In this document: one piece after another, positions 38,508 through 47,667 of the stretch
Layout: each line of letters begins with the position of its first letter
How positions within the stretch are numbered: the stretch's first letter is position 1
Source of the DNA: a virus
Taxonomy: Duplodnaviria > Heunggongvirae > Uroviricota > Caudoviricetes
Length of the DNA: 64,000 nt
Direction: 5' to 3' (one strand)
IMG/VR virus record: IMGVR_UViG_3300021400_000932
Notes under the pieces: generated by a model
Told to the model about the DNA's origin: nothing
Database searches by the model: none
The model's input: only the letters and a program-made list of their open reading frames with translations
Translations under genes and position numbers: made by a program

Positions 38508-38732
38508 TTATTGGCTATCTGTGTCTTCGACAACTTTAAGACGGAGCCTGCGAACCGATTCTTCCGATTTAATTTTCGAAACAAACCCATCAGTTAGCCT
38601 TGCGGCATACCCACAATCAAGTTCTAGATGGTTAGATTGTATCCGCATGTAAATGATTCCCTTAAACTCAAAACACTGACCACAACCAATTTTCGAAAAT
38701 GGTATGCCAGATTCCACTAAATCAACTTTCAT
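38508..38732 (-). CDS. Hypothetical protein
   Basis: Likely start MKVDLVES after a GGAGG RBS. Confidence 0.5.
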   Translation of the reverse strand: MKVDLVESGIPFSKIGCGQCFEFKGIIYMRIQSNHLELDCGYAARLTDGFVSKIKSEESVRRLRLKVVEDTDSQ

Positions 38733-38733
38733 A

Positions 38734-38994
38734 TTAATCCTCCCAATCAAGTGCTTGCCCACAAAACGGACAAAAGTAATCTGCTTGACCAACAATCTCC
38801 CCACAGGAACATTTATGTGTGGGTATGCCATCAGCATCAAATGATATCGGCTTTTGCGGTATCTGCTTTTTGACTGCGGCTTCGCAAGCATCAAGTACAG
38901 ATATACCCATAATACGCAAATAGGTATCCTCTCCAAGAGATATCAATAGGCGGTATTCATCTATCTTTGCTAAAACTTCTTCATTCTCCATCAT
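38734..38994 (-). CDS. Zn-ribbon protein
   Basis: KKQIPQKP..CSC..CPFCGQALDW. Confidence 0.6.
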   Translation of the reverse strand: MMENEEVLAKIDEYRLLISLGEDTYLRIMGISVLDACEAAVKKQIPQKPISFDADGIPTHKCSCGEIVGQADYFCPFCGQALDWED

Positions 38995-39295
38995 TTGACT
39001 CCCATGTAAGACGCTGACCGAAGTTACTGCAAAAGTTATCCCCACCGGTTACAATGTCCTTACAAGTAGGACAGATGAATCCTTCAGCAGTACAAGGTTC
39101 ATCATAGCATTCCGGATGGCAATGTTGACAAAATGATTCACCGCAGCGAACACATTCTGGACCATTGTGATATCCGAAATCAATAGCGAACTCATCTATA
39201 TTACCATATTTGTTGCGACGCCACTTATGATGTGGTGCTGTAGTCTTTCCGTATGTAGGAGTTACAGGAATATCTTTATTCTTAGCCATCTTCAT
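38981..39295 (-). CDS. Zn-ribbon protein
   Basis: CVRC..CQHC..CPTC..FCSNFGQRL. Confidence 0.55.
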   Translation of the reverse strand: MKMAKNKDIPVTPTYGKTTAPHHKWRRNKYGNIDEFAIDFGYHNGPECVRCGESFCQHCHPECYDEPCTAEGFICPTCKDIVTGGDNFCSNFGQRLTWESNDGE

Positions 39296-39575
39296 CCTCC
39301 CAATCTAAGGCTTGTCCACATAGGTTACAATGCTTTTCTACAGAATACCTTGTAACTCTTTTAGCATTTGGTGTAACCTCGCAATGAGGGCAGTAACCTT
39401 TGTATAATTTCTTTGAATATCCTACCTTGCTTGCAGATAGGCTGTATGGTCGTTTCGGCATCATCCTATCTACCGCATCAATGGCAATTAGTATGGCCTC
39501 TTTTTCTATGCTATATAAATTCCTATCAGATTCAAGCAAATGAGATAGGACTAGTTTGACTTGTTCATTGTTCAT
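39282..39575 (-). CDS. Zn-ribbon protein
   Basis: CPHC..CNLCGQALDW. Confidence 0.6.
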   Translation of the reverse strand: MNNEQVKLVLSHLLESDRNLYSIEKEAILIAIDAVDRMMPKRPYSLSASKVGYSKKLYKGYCPHCEVTPNAKRVTRYSVEKHCNLCGQALDWEDEDG

Positions 39576-40054
39576 AAGTTGTTCTGTTCTAAAAAGTTGA
39601 AATAATCGTTTTCAGAGATTTCTCCGGTCGCAGCCTTTCGCCGCATTACTCTCCGCAATTCTAACAATGCGGACTTCTCTTGTTGCTTTAGTCTGTACAT
39701 ATCATCCGACTTCTGCAAATCAGATTTCCACTTATCCCAAAGGTGAGTTGTAAATATTTTCCACTCTACCTCTGGAAGTTGAATATGTAAATCATCTTTT
39801 GCCTTATCATCACAATTCAATGGCGGTTTATACAAATTGATGAAGTAAACTTCATATACATTCATATCCGCTTCGGATTGAAACTCAGCATACTCTATTT
39901 TAGTCACTTGGTCAATGAAGATTGTCCTATGCATAGGTTTCTTAAACAGGTGACCTCTAATCCTGTTTTGGAGAGGTTGTTTGGTTCTACCTAAGTACAC
40001 AAGACAATCGCCATACCATATTTTATATAAAATAAAGTTACTCGCCATCTGCAT
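39572..40054 (-). CDS. GIY-YIG nuclease-like protein
   Basis: LYKI..VYLGRT..L.NRIRGH..E..I..YKPPLN. Confidence 0.7.
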   Translation of the reverse strand: MQMASNFILYKIWYGDCLVYLGRTKQPLQNRIRGHLFKKPMHRTIFIDQVTKIEYAEFQSEADMNVYEVYFINLYKPPLNCDDKAKDDLHIQLPEVEWKIFTTHLWDKWKSDLQKSDDMYRLKQQEKSALLELRRVMRRKAATGEISENDYFNFLEQNNL

Positions 40055-40295
40055 TCCTAATTACTACCGGCGGTTGTCCATCTTTGCGGAGCTGATTATT
40101 ACCGATAATAAAACTCTTGAGGTCTTGGTAACACGTTTCGCACATATCGAGTTTCTTCCAAGCTCTCTTTGTAGCGCAAACCTCACCCCATTCATCGAAA
40201 ATAGGTCGTCTTTCGCTACGCTTGAATTTGTATTGGTGAACATCGCCGGTCATATTCATTCCGCAAACATCACATACAACTGCTTTAAATCGCAT
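40038..40295 (-). CDS. Zn-binding hypothetical protein
   Basis: CDVCG..DMCETC. Confidence 0.55.
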   Translation of the reverse strand: MRFKAVVCDVCGMNMTGDVHQYKFKRSERRPIFDEWGEVCATKRAWKKLDMCETCYQDLKSFIIGNNQLRKDGQPPVVIRNADGE

Positions 40296-40406
40296 AATTA
40301 ATCCCACCCATCTTCGATTTCTTCTAACACTTCTTCAATACTTTCCCAAAATTTCTTCCACTTAGCTTTGAGTTTATCTATTAATTTCTTCATAATCATA
40401 ACCTTT

Positions 40407-41210
40407 CTATAATGCTAAATCTATTCGCGCTTTCGCTATTTGAAAATACTCATTATTCAATTCTATTCCTATAAACTTTCTATCGGTATTAGCACAGGCT
40501 ATGCCGGTAGAACCGCTACCCATACAGTTATCTAACACAGTATCACCACTATCGGTATAGGTTTTAATAAGATATTCGCACAAGGCAACCGGTTTCTGTG
40601 TTGGATGATACTTCTGAGGATGCTCCTTTGGAATATCTATAATATTTGTCGGATACTTCTGTGTGGTGAATGTAGTTTCTACAGTATCTAACTTACCATA
40701 ACAGTTACTGTTCCAACCATTTTCTGCATAATTTCTTGCATGATTCATCTCACCTTCAGTATATTGCGGATTGTACTTCGGTTGGTCTTTATAGAAAACA
40801 CAGATATCCTCACAGATTCTCAGTGGCTGCTTGTTTGCATTCAAGAATCCAGTAGGTCGATTGCCTTTCTTCCACACCCAGTTATATTTCCACATAGCTC
40901 GATTGGAATTTATCAAGTCTATTGTAAATATGCCGTTAGCAAAGAGAACAATCGCCCCATTATCTTTAACGATTCGAGAATAGGATTCCCAGAGTCGTTC
41001 AAAATTTAATGTTCTATCCCACTGTACATTGGGATTCTGTTCGTTCAGAACACCATATGGCAAATCGCATAACACCATATCAATACTGTTAGTTGGAATT
41101 GTATCCATTATAAGAAAACAATCTCCGCAGTATAGGGTTCCTATGCGATTCTTTACTACTGATTCATTAGATTCTTTATTTACTTTTTCTTGTAAATCAG
41201 AAATCCACAT
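40407..41210 (-). CDS. DNA amino-methyltransferase, beta class (N6A/N4C)
   Basis: DLPY..HPTQKPV..DNCMGSGSTG. Confidence 0.9.
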   Translation of the reverse strand: MWISDLQEKVNKESNESVVKNRIGTLYCGDCFLIMDTIPTNSIDMVLCDLPYGVLNEQNPNVQWDRTLNFERLWESYSRIVKDNGAIVLFANGIFTIDLINSNRAMWKYNWVWKKGNRPTGFLNANKQPLRICEDICVFYKDQPKYNPQYTEGEMNHARNYAENGWNSNCYGKLDTVETTFTTQKYPTNIIDIPKEHPQKYHPTQKPVALCEYLIKTYTDSGDTVLDNCMGSGSTGIACANTDRKFIGIELNNEYFQIAKARIDLAL

Positions 41211-41216
41211 TGCTTA

Positions 41217-41966
41217 TCACCACTTGTTGTAAAACTCAGCTTCCTCTATTCTTTTCTTTGCAATATCGAAATATTCTTCATTAAGTTCTATTCCGATGAA
41301 ACTTCGATTTGCGTTTAAGCAAGCAACGCCAGTAGAACCTGAGCCCATGCAATTATCAAGGACTGTTTCGCCCTCGTTGGTGTATGTCTTGATTAGGTAT
41401 TCACACAAAGCTACAGGTTTTTGTGTTGGATGCAAATTAGAAATTAGGCAATCCCGATTGAAATGAAGTAATTGTGTCGGATACCTCAAACCAGTATCAT
41501 CATATTCCACAACATGCTTCTCAGAGTCATCTAATAATTTTCCTAACTTTCCGTGTTTTACTTTATTTGTTCTGCGCTTTCCTATATAAGAAGACATCTG
41601 CGGATTATATGTGGGTTGTTTCGCATAAAACACGCTAATAGTTTCAATAGTTTTTCCAGCACGTTTCTTCACTTGCGTAACATTAACCAAGCGTTCCTTC
41701 TCCCAATACCAGTCATATCGGTAATTTTCTAAATTACTCAACCGCAGCATACTGGAAAATGGTTCTTGACCGAACAAAACTACCGCACCATTATCTTTTA
41801 TAACTCGTCTATACTGTTCCCACAGTTTATCAAAAGGGATAACAACATCCCAAGCGCAGGTGGTTGTCCCATAAGGCAAATCACAAAGTATCATATCAAC
41901 ACTTTTATCTGGAATATCTTTCATTACTTCAAGGCAATCGCCTTGTAGGAGCTTATACAAGCACAT
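41217..41966 (-). CDS. DNA amino-methyltransferase, beta class (N6A/N4C)
   Basis: DLPY..HPTQKPV..DNCMGSGSTG; tandem paralog of the previous gene. Confidence 0.9.
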   Translation of the reverse strand: MCLYKLLQGDCLEVMKDIPDKSVDMILCDLPYGTTTCAWDVVIPFDKLWEQYRRVIKDNGAVVLFGQEPFSSMLRLSNLENYRYDWYWEKERLVNVTQVKKRAGKTIETISVFYAKQPTYNPQMSSYIGKRRTNKVKHGKLGKLLDDSEKHVVEYDDTGLRYPTQLLHFNRDCLISNLHPTQKPVALCEYLIKTYTNEGETVLDNCMGSGSTGVACLNANRSFIGIELNEEYFDIAKKRIEEAEFYNKW

Positions 41967-41980
41967 CTCCCCTTAATCAT

Positions 41981-42484
41981 CTATATGTGTTCATAGGTAT
42001 GGTAAGAATAAAGCAAACCATTGTAGTCGAACACCTTACTACCATCTGAACAGCATTCCCAACAATCATCTGTATCCAAATTCGGAAAAAACCTATCCGC
42101 TGAAAATGATTTGTGAATTTTTGTCACAAATGCAGTTGAACACATCGGAAGTAATTGCTTATAAATGCTTTCACCACCAATGATGAATATATTCTTATCA
42201 CCACAATATGTTGCAATGTATTTTTTAGCTTTATCCATATCCATAAGTATTTCATTATGCATATCCAGAGTTCCATATTTCCATGTATGATGGGTTATGA
42301 TGATATTTGTTCGGTAAGGAAGCGTCTTGCCACCCAAAGATTCAAATGTACCTCTACCCATTATAACGATATTGCGCTCAGTAAGATTCTTAAATCTCTT
42401 GATGTCATCTGGTATATGGCAAAGAAGTTGATTATCTTTGCCGATACCCCAGTTTTCGTCAACAGCAACTATAGCAGCAATCAT
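41981..42484 (-). CDS. folA: Dihydrofolate reductase
   Basis: IVAVDENWGIG..MGRGTFES..R.NII..IIGGESIY..DRFFP. Confidence 0.93.
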   Translation of the reverse strand: MIAAIVAVDENWGIGKDNQLLCHIPDDIKRFKNLTERNIVIMGRGTFESLGGKTLPYRTNIIITHHTWKYGTLDMHNEILMDMDKAKKYIATYCGDKNIFIIGGESIYKQLLPMCSTAFVTKIHKSFSADRFFPNLDTDDCWECCSDGSKVFDYNGLLYSYHTYEHI

Positions 42485-43332
42485 ATACCGAGCTCCAACT
42501 TTATCTGCGGTTTCAATGGGTTATAATCCGCCATCTCGAAATCATCAATAGTAAAATCATAGAAGTTTGTTTTATCGTGATTGAGGATTAATCTGGGATT
42601 GACAGAATCGAATTCCGGCATCCGACTGATTTTACTAAATCTTGAAGTAAGCTCAGCGGCAGCAGATTTATGTCTGTCATAAATCTGCTCATTTGCTACA
42701 ACATGAGTAAACACACCAGGTTTATATCCTGTGTGACGAGCAATCATCATAAGCAAAGCAGCATACTGCACCTCATTCACCATACCGCCACCGGATGCAG
42801 TAAGCATATCTCCGGAGCGTTGAGTTAGCATCATATCGAGGTATTCACCTCTCACATTCCAAATAGTTAGGAAAGCACAAGGATTAAGACCTTTTGTTTC
42901 GCGCAAATCTTTCTCTTGCCACAGGCTCATAACCTTATCACGACCATAGGGATTTGTTTCGATTTTGTGAATCAAATCATTTACAAGGTCATACCGTTTA
43001 ACCGTTCCACCGTATCTCTGACCAATAGTACCATCACCAATATCCCACGGTTTCCACCAGCCTACACCCATTTCTTCCATTTCTGAAATCACATTAGTTG
43101 GTTTCTGATAGATTGTAAAAATTTCTTTGATAGCTGTTTTCCAAGCAACCGGTCGTAAAGTCGAAATTGGAAACTCCTTAGATAAATCATACTTCCGTAC
43201 TGTGTGATTGATGGATATAGTGTGTGCTGGTGTACCATCCGGATACTTCGGTCGTGGGTTTTCATCCAAATACCCATAATCGTGTATCATCATAATGGTA
43301 TCATATAAATACTTATCTGCTTTAGTTGGCAT
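42481..43332 (-). CDS. thyA: Thymidylate synthase
   Basis: LNPC catalytic Cys, QRSGD, IYDRH; likely start MPTKAD. Confidence 0.92.
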   Translation of the reverse strand: MPTKADKYLYDTIMMIHDYGYLDENPRPKYPDGTPAHTISINHTVRKYDLSKEFPISTLRPVAWKTAIKEIFTIYQKPTNVISEMEEMGVGWWKPWDIGDGTIGQRYGGTVKRYDLVNDLIHKIETNPYGRDKVMSLWQEKDLRETKGLNPCAFLTIWNVRGEYLDMMLTQRSGDMLTASGGGMVNEVQYAALLMMIARHTGYKPGVFTHVVANEQIYDRHKSAAAELTSRFSKISRMPEFDSVNPRLILNHDKTNFYDFTIDDFEMADYNPLKPQIKLELGI

Positions 43333-43346
43333 ATAAACTTCCTTTC

Positions 43347-43634
43347 TTATTCTAACCCAAGACGTCTCCGGCACTCGATTCTGTCGATATTCCCTAATTG
43401 GAAATCTATCTCAGCTTTAAGGTGTTCTGGTCGGAGATAGTCTATGTTTATGGCTTTGTTTAGTGACATATACCTATCAATGTCAGCCAAAGCTCTTTCT
43501 GCCGTTATGTGTGATTTACTTTTATCAACCATAGTTTCAATGATTGCACCACCGCAACTTTCCCACTGGTCAATAATCCAAATCAACTGTTCTTTTGTCA
43601 GTTGAGAATAGGCTTCTTTCTTTAGTTCTGTCAT
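43347..43634 (-). CDS. Hypothetical protein
   Basis: 95 aa with GAGGTG RBS. Confidence 0.55.
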   Translation of the reverse strand: MTELKKEAYSQLTKEQLIWIIDQWESCGGAIIETMVDKSKSHITAERALADIDRYMSLNKAINIDYLRPEHLKAEIDFQLGNIDRIECRRRLGLE

Positions 43635-43636
43635 TG

Positions 43637-44098
43637 TTACACCTCAGCATCAGCTTTCCTCTTCAGATACAACTCATATATCGGAACAGATGTTCTTGCG
43701 GATAGTTGCGTTTCTCCAGATTCTAATGACGCCATATAGCTTGCATTGAATTTTTGATTTGTGAATGTGTATGGATTCACGTCTCCGTTTGGGTCATCAG
43801 AAAAATCATCATCCGGATTAATATATCCGAATATCCAGAAGTCCGTTCCACAGTGGAATAAACCCTTTCTCATATCATTATGCGTATAAGGACTGAGTTT
43901 CTTTTCACAGATGGAATACCATCCTTGCTTATCTGGCGAAGTATCAGCCATCACAAAATAGTTATCGGATACACACTTTACCTCAAGTAAACTATCCCAT
44001 CCTTGAATTGCAACCAAATCACCGACCTTTATACTATCCAACAGCTCTTTTGTGATATCTGTGTACTTAGTGCAGTCTGCAAATAACTGTTTACTCAT
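43637..44098 (-). CDS. Hypothetical protein
   Basis: Likely start MSKQLF after a GGAGG RBS. Confidence 0.55.
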   Translation of the reverse strand: MSKQLFADCTKYTDITKELLDSIKVGDLVAIQGWDSLLEVKCVSDNYFVMADTSPDKQGWYSICEKKLSPYTHNDMRKGLFHCGTDFWIFGYINPDDDFSDDPNGDVNPYTFTNQKFNASYMASLESGETQLSARTSVPIYELYLKRKADAEV

Positions 44099-45257
44099 GT
44101 TGTACCTCCGGAAATTCTCTTGGGTAGTAGTCATTTTCGATGCCCTCAAGCAGAGCAAAGCGGTTCGCCATAACGATACTACCATGACCTTTTAAGTTAA
44201 TTTCAAAATAAAGGATATCTGTACCACAAACAGAATTTTCAATAACCTCCATAATTTCATCAACTTCTTCCAAACCACCGCAAGGAATGCATCGCTTGGT
44301 AAATGGAGCGTTCTTGATATAGCAATGCGAATGAATCATGTAGTTGATATATGGAAGTTTTTCATAAAGTTTAACCTGGATTGGTGTATCTACGGATGGC
44401 TTATTCTCCCCACAGTAACAAATCCTATCATCAATATATTTGACAGGAACAAGATTCTTGACAGTTAATGCTTGCTTGTCAACATTTCGTTGACTCACAT
44501 AAACAACACCGGAATCGGTTCTCAGGGTAGGAAATCCTTTAGAACAACGAGTTGTTTGGACAAGACTGCAGTTACCGAGCAATCTGGTTGTATTATTTGC
44601 GGATGGAGTATATTCTGCGAATACCTTACCGCAACGCTGTACAAGTTCAACAAACTTATCTACATCGACAGCTTTAACTTTCTTATCCTTCCCAAACAAG
44701 TCATCTTCCCGAATGGTGGACTTACGAGTAATCCCTTTAAGAAAGATGGCTCTTTCAATAAGTGCGCGCACCATCATTTCAATATTTGTGCCATTGTACC
44801 ATTCATTTCCGAGAGGGTCTATCACAGACATATTGAATAGCTTAGATTCGCCTTTAGTGAACTCAATGAGAAGATTGGATTTTGTTCCGAGGGCTCTGCG
44901 AACAATGTCACCGAAACTGTATTTATTGTCAAAATTTCGCTTTGATGTCACAAGTATAGTTTTCGGTGCAACTGCCTTAACATCTCTCAGCTTTGGTAAA
45001 TCATTATCCGGAACATTCGGCATCCAGATAGTGATATCCGCATAGCTCGCATAAGTCATGCACATCTTCAATTCATAAAAATCACCGCCGTTGAATAGCT
45101 GGCAATCTATATTGAATTCCCTTTTACTCAGTTCGTAAATCGCATCATACATCTTCTGAACGACAGAAGACTTGCGGCCATCCGGATTGATTAATTTGCC
45201 GGTTCCCCATGTTCCACCAACAAGCAATACTTTTATTGGTTCTGCCATATCATTCAC
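44091..45257 (-). CDS. Class II aldolase/adducin-domain protein with unknown N-terminal domain
   Basis: GNCS..KPSVDT..MIHSHCY..LKGHG motifs. Confidence 0.65.
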   Translation of the reverse strand: MNDMAEPIKVLLVGGTWGTGKLINPDGRKSSVVQKMYDAIYELSKREFNIDCQLFNGGDFYELKMCMTYASYADITIWMPNVPDNDLPKLRDVKAVAPKTILVTSKRNFDNKYSFGDIVRRALGTKSNLLIEFTKGESKLFNMSVIDPLGNEWYNGTNIEMMVRALIERAIFLKGITRKSTIREDDLFGKDKKVKAVDVDKFVELVQRCGKVFAEYTPSANNTTRLLGNCSLVQTTRCSKGFPTLRTDSGVVYVSQRNVDKQALTVKNLVPVKYIDDRICYCGENKPSVDTPIQVKLYEKLPYINYMIHSHCYIKNAPFTKRCIPCGGLEEVDEIMEVIENSVCGTDILYFEINLKGHGSIVMANRFALLEGIENDYYPREFPEVQHE

Positions 45258-46171
45258 CCCCCATTTTCAGTTTTCTGTAATATGAAGTCTGTAATATTGA
45301 AACCAGCAGCACCCCTGTGACCACCGCCACCATACTTCTTTGCAACTTCCGAACAATCCATAGTATCTTTGGTCGCACGAAGAGCATAGCTCCACATATC
45401 ACCATCAAAGGAAAATCCGACAAACATATCATAATCTTCCGGATTGTCTACAATGAAATCATCCGAATTAATCATAGCCATATTAACAGCGAATACCTTG
45501 TGACCGTCGAGGGTTGTTTCAAAACCCTTGTGCTTGCAATACTCAGTCATCATGGACTTGCGATAAGCAATAATTGTCTTACCTCGACGTATAATCTCCT
45601 TAACTAAACCGGTGTCATTGTAAGAAAATTCGCAAGCACACAGCTTCTCCCATATTTCATCTGTGGGTTCATGTGGATATAGAGTAAATCCTTTTTCAAA
45701 TGCTCTCGTATCATCCTCATAAATAAAGGTCCATACATCATAATCCGCAATATACTTTGTGAACCACGGAGCTCGATTGACCATATCTTCGGTAAAGGGT
45801 TTAATCTCACCATACCCACCATCTGTCATTGAATCCAGATAGCAAAATGTCAGCATACACCCAGCTATGCCATCATACCGGATACCGCGAATTTCCTTAT
45901 CATAATCCTTATATGCTTCGATAGCGGTTTTATGGTGGTCTATCCAAGTGACATTTGGAGTAATATCCAGAAGTCTATCCATCTCTTCCGGCTTAATGGA
46001 GAAATCTACAATGTATACCGTTTCATCCTTATATATTCTCTCAAAAGGGAAAGGAATATTGTAGTTAATGGGAATAAACTCCTTTTCATAGGCGTCTCCC
46101 ATAAATGCTAATTTCTTAACCCAGAAACCAGCACATTTCCCGTCATTGTCGATATGATAAAATACTTTCAT
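45254..46171 (-). CDS. DHH/DHHA1 phosphoesterase
   Basis: HIDNDG, VDFS, IDHH and GGGGHRGAAGF. Confidence 0.88.
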   Translation of the reverse strand: MKVFYHIDNDGKCAGFWVKKLAFMGDAYEKEFIPINYNIPFPFERIYKDETVYIVDFSIKPEEMDRLLDITPNVTWIDHHKTAIEAYKDYDKEIRGIRYDGIAGCMLTFCYLDSMTDGGYGEIKPFTEDMVNRAPWFTKYIADYDVWTFIYEDDTRAFEKGFTLYPHEPTDEIWEKLCACEFSYNDTGLVKEIIRRGKTIIAYRKSMMTEYCKHKGFETTLDGHKVFAVNMAMINSDDFIVDNPEDYDMFVGFSFDGDMWSYALRATKDTMDCSEVAKKYGGGGHRGAAGFNITDFILQKTENGG

Positions 46172-46181
46172 ATTTCTCCCC

Positions 46182-46886
46182 CTATTCGGCTAAATCAAAG
46201 AATCGAACACCATTATATGAAACAACGAATGTCTGACTTTCATGCCATTTGCTGGTAACATACTCTGGTGCATACATATACAAAACCCTGTGGGGAACAG
46301 CCATGTTACCGGCAAAGATGTAGTCTACAGCTTCATAGCACTCCGGACTCGGTTCCTTTACCAAAGGGTAGGCATCATATTGAAAATACTTATATGTATA
46401 TTCAGCGGATGCTTGGCTGAGAACCATAGCATCACGGAATGCCTGGGCCTGTAAGCAGCAAGCCTCATAACCACCATCGCCAAATTCCCGCATAACCGTT
46501 TTAGCTATAAGGTATCTATCATCCTCAGTAAGATAGATAGGCTCAGGGTTATAATTATAATCCGGATTATCTATATCAATTAGCCATCTCTTTTTAGGCT
46601 CTTCCGTAGGCTCAGAAGATTCTGTTGTTTCGGATGGAAGAACAAAACGAGTAGGGTATGTTGGAACAGGGTCTGTCACAAGTTCGACACCCAATGTCAT
46701 AGATTCAGGATGACTGGTTTCATCCATTTCTCCAACAGTGGGCTCTAAAATAATAGAAAATATAACTGTACTTATAATTCCTACAGCAATAAATGAAAGT
46801 ATAAGTATAACTTCGATTACTCGTAGCGTTTTATTTTTCGGTGACTCACCCTCAATGAATCGGTATCGCTTGCCTTTATGTTTCAT
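46182..46886 (-). CDS. Membrane-anchored SleB/Hydrolase_2-like cell-wall hydrolase
   Basis: TM helix, S/E/T/P linker, LIAKTVMREFG..YEAV..VLYMYAP..WH..GVRFF. Confidence 0.6.
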   Translation of the reverse strand: MKHKGKRYRFIEGESPKNKTLRVIEVILILSFIAVGIISTVIFSIILEPTVGEMDETSHPESMTLGVELVTDPVPTYPTRFVLPSETTESSEPTEEPKKRWLIDIDNPDYNYNPEPIYLTEDDRYLIAKTVMREFGDGGYEACCLQAQAFRDAMVLSQASAEYTYKYFQYDAYPLVKEPSPECYEAVDYIFAGNMAVPHRVLYMYAPEYVTSKWHESQTFVVSYNGVRFFDLAE

Positions 46887-46898
46887 CTGTTAATCCTC

Positions 46899-47168
46899 TT
46901 ACTTATCGTCATTTATTTCGGAAACTTCATCATAAAGACGCATAGCTGAATCATACAATTTATCATATGGTTCAGCACCACCAACTTTGTCTCTATCTAT
47001 AATAACGATTTCATTTCCATACATATTATCCCAAAACTGCTTAAATGCTTCCAGTTTCTTCTTTTCACATACAGCTTTAGCATATTCACAGAAACCATCG
47101 CACATTTTAGAATATTCACGACCGTAGCGGTTCTTGCATTCCATACAAGGTATATAATTAGACATCAT
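46899..47168 (-). CDS. Cys-rich hypothetical protein
   Basis: 89-aa ORF. Confidence 0.5.
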   Translation of the reverse strand: MMSNYIPCMECKNRYGREYSKMCDGFCEYAKAVCEKKKLEAFKQFWDNMYGNEIVIIDRDKVGGAEPYDKLYDSAMRLYDEVSEINDDK

Positions 47169-47667
47169 TCTCCATATCTCCTACACAAATGACACCGGTT
47201 GCACCAAACCCATCGGTTCTAAGAAAATTTGCAGCACCGTTCTTATAATACTGAGCTTTTATGGTTCTGGCTAAACCTTCCGGTGTCGTATTAAGGGGAA
47301 TACTCCCTGAGTATCGTTGTCGCACCGTGTTGTTATTGTGTTCGAAATTTGTCGAAACTGCGTCAGCCCCCCCCCTCAGACCAGAATTGCAGACTGCGGA
47401 AGTTTCAGATTGCCGGATGTAATAACATCCGGCTTGTAATCTATCCGTACTTCTTGTTACTGTATTTGCAATCTGCTGAGAGGGTGGTTCTTTACTTACT
47501 GCTTGTGAAATCCGTTTACTCTCAGAATCCCCTCGTCCGGCTGACCGCCCTGCAAGGGTTCCAAATTCGTATCCTTGTAAGAAAGAAGTCTCTGAGTTAC
47601 CTTGTCCGAGAGGAAGTACTTCTCCGGAACATCTTCCTCTAAAATAGAGCTTAATATCACTTCGCAC
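47158..47667 (-). CDS. C5-methyltransferase variable-region continuation (start uncertain)
   Basis: IANTVT and GLARTIKAQYYK repeats; overlaps the end of the Dcm-like gene in another frame. Confidence 0.4.
   Translation of the reverse strand: MRSDIKLYFRGRCSGEVLPLGQGNSETSFLQGYEFGTLAGRSAGRGDSESKRISQAVSKEPPSQQIANTVTRSTDRLQAGCYYIRQSETSAVCNSGLRGGADAVSTNFEHNNNTVRQRYSGSIPLNTTPEGLARTIKAQYYKNGAANFLRTDGFGATGVICVGDMENDV

Noticed and set aside
39572-41966. GIY-YIG nuclease plus methyltransferases as a restriction-modification system
   Set aside because: The nuclease is a short stand-alone type common in phages, is separated from the methylases by other ORFs, and nothing links their specificities.
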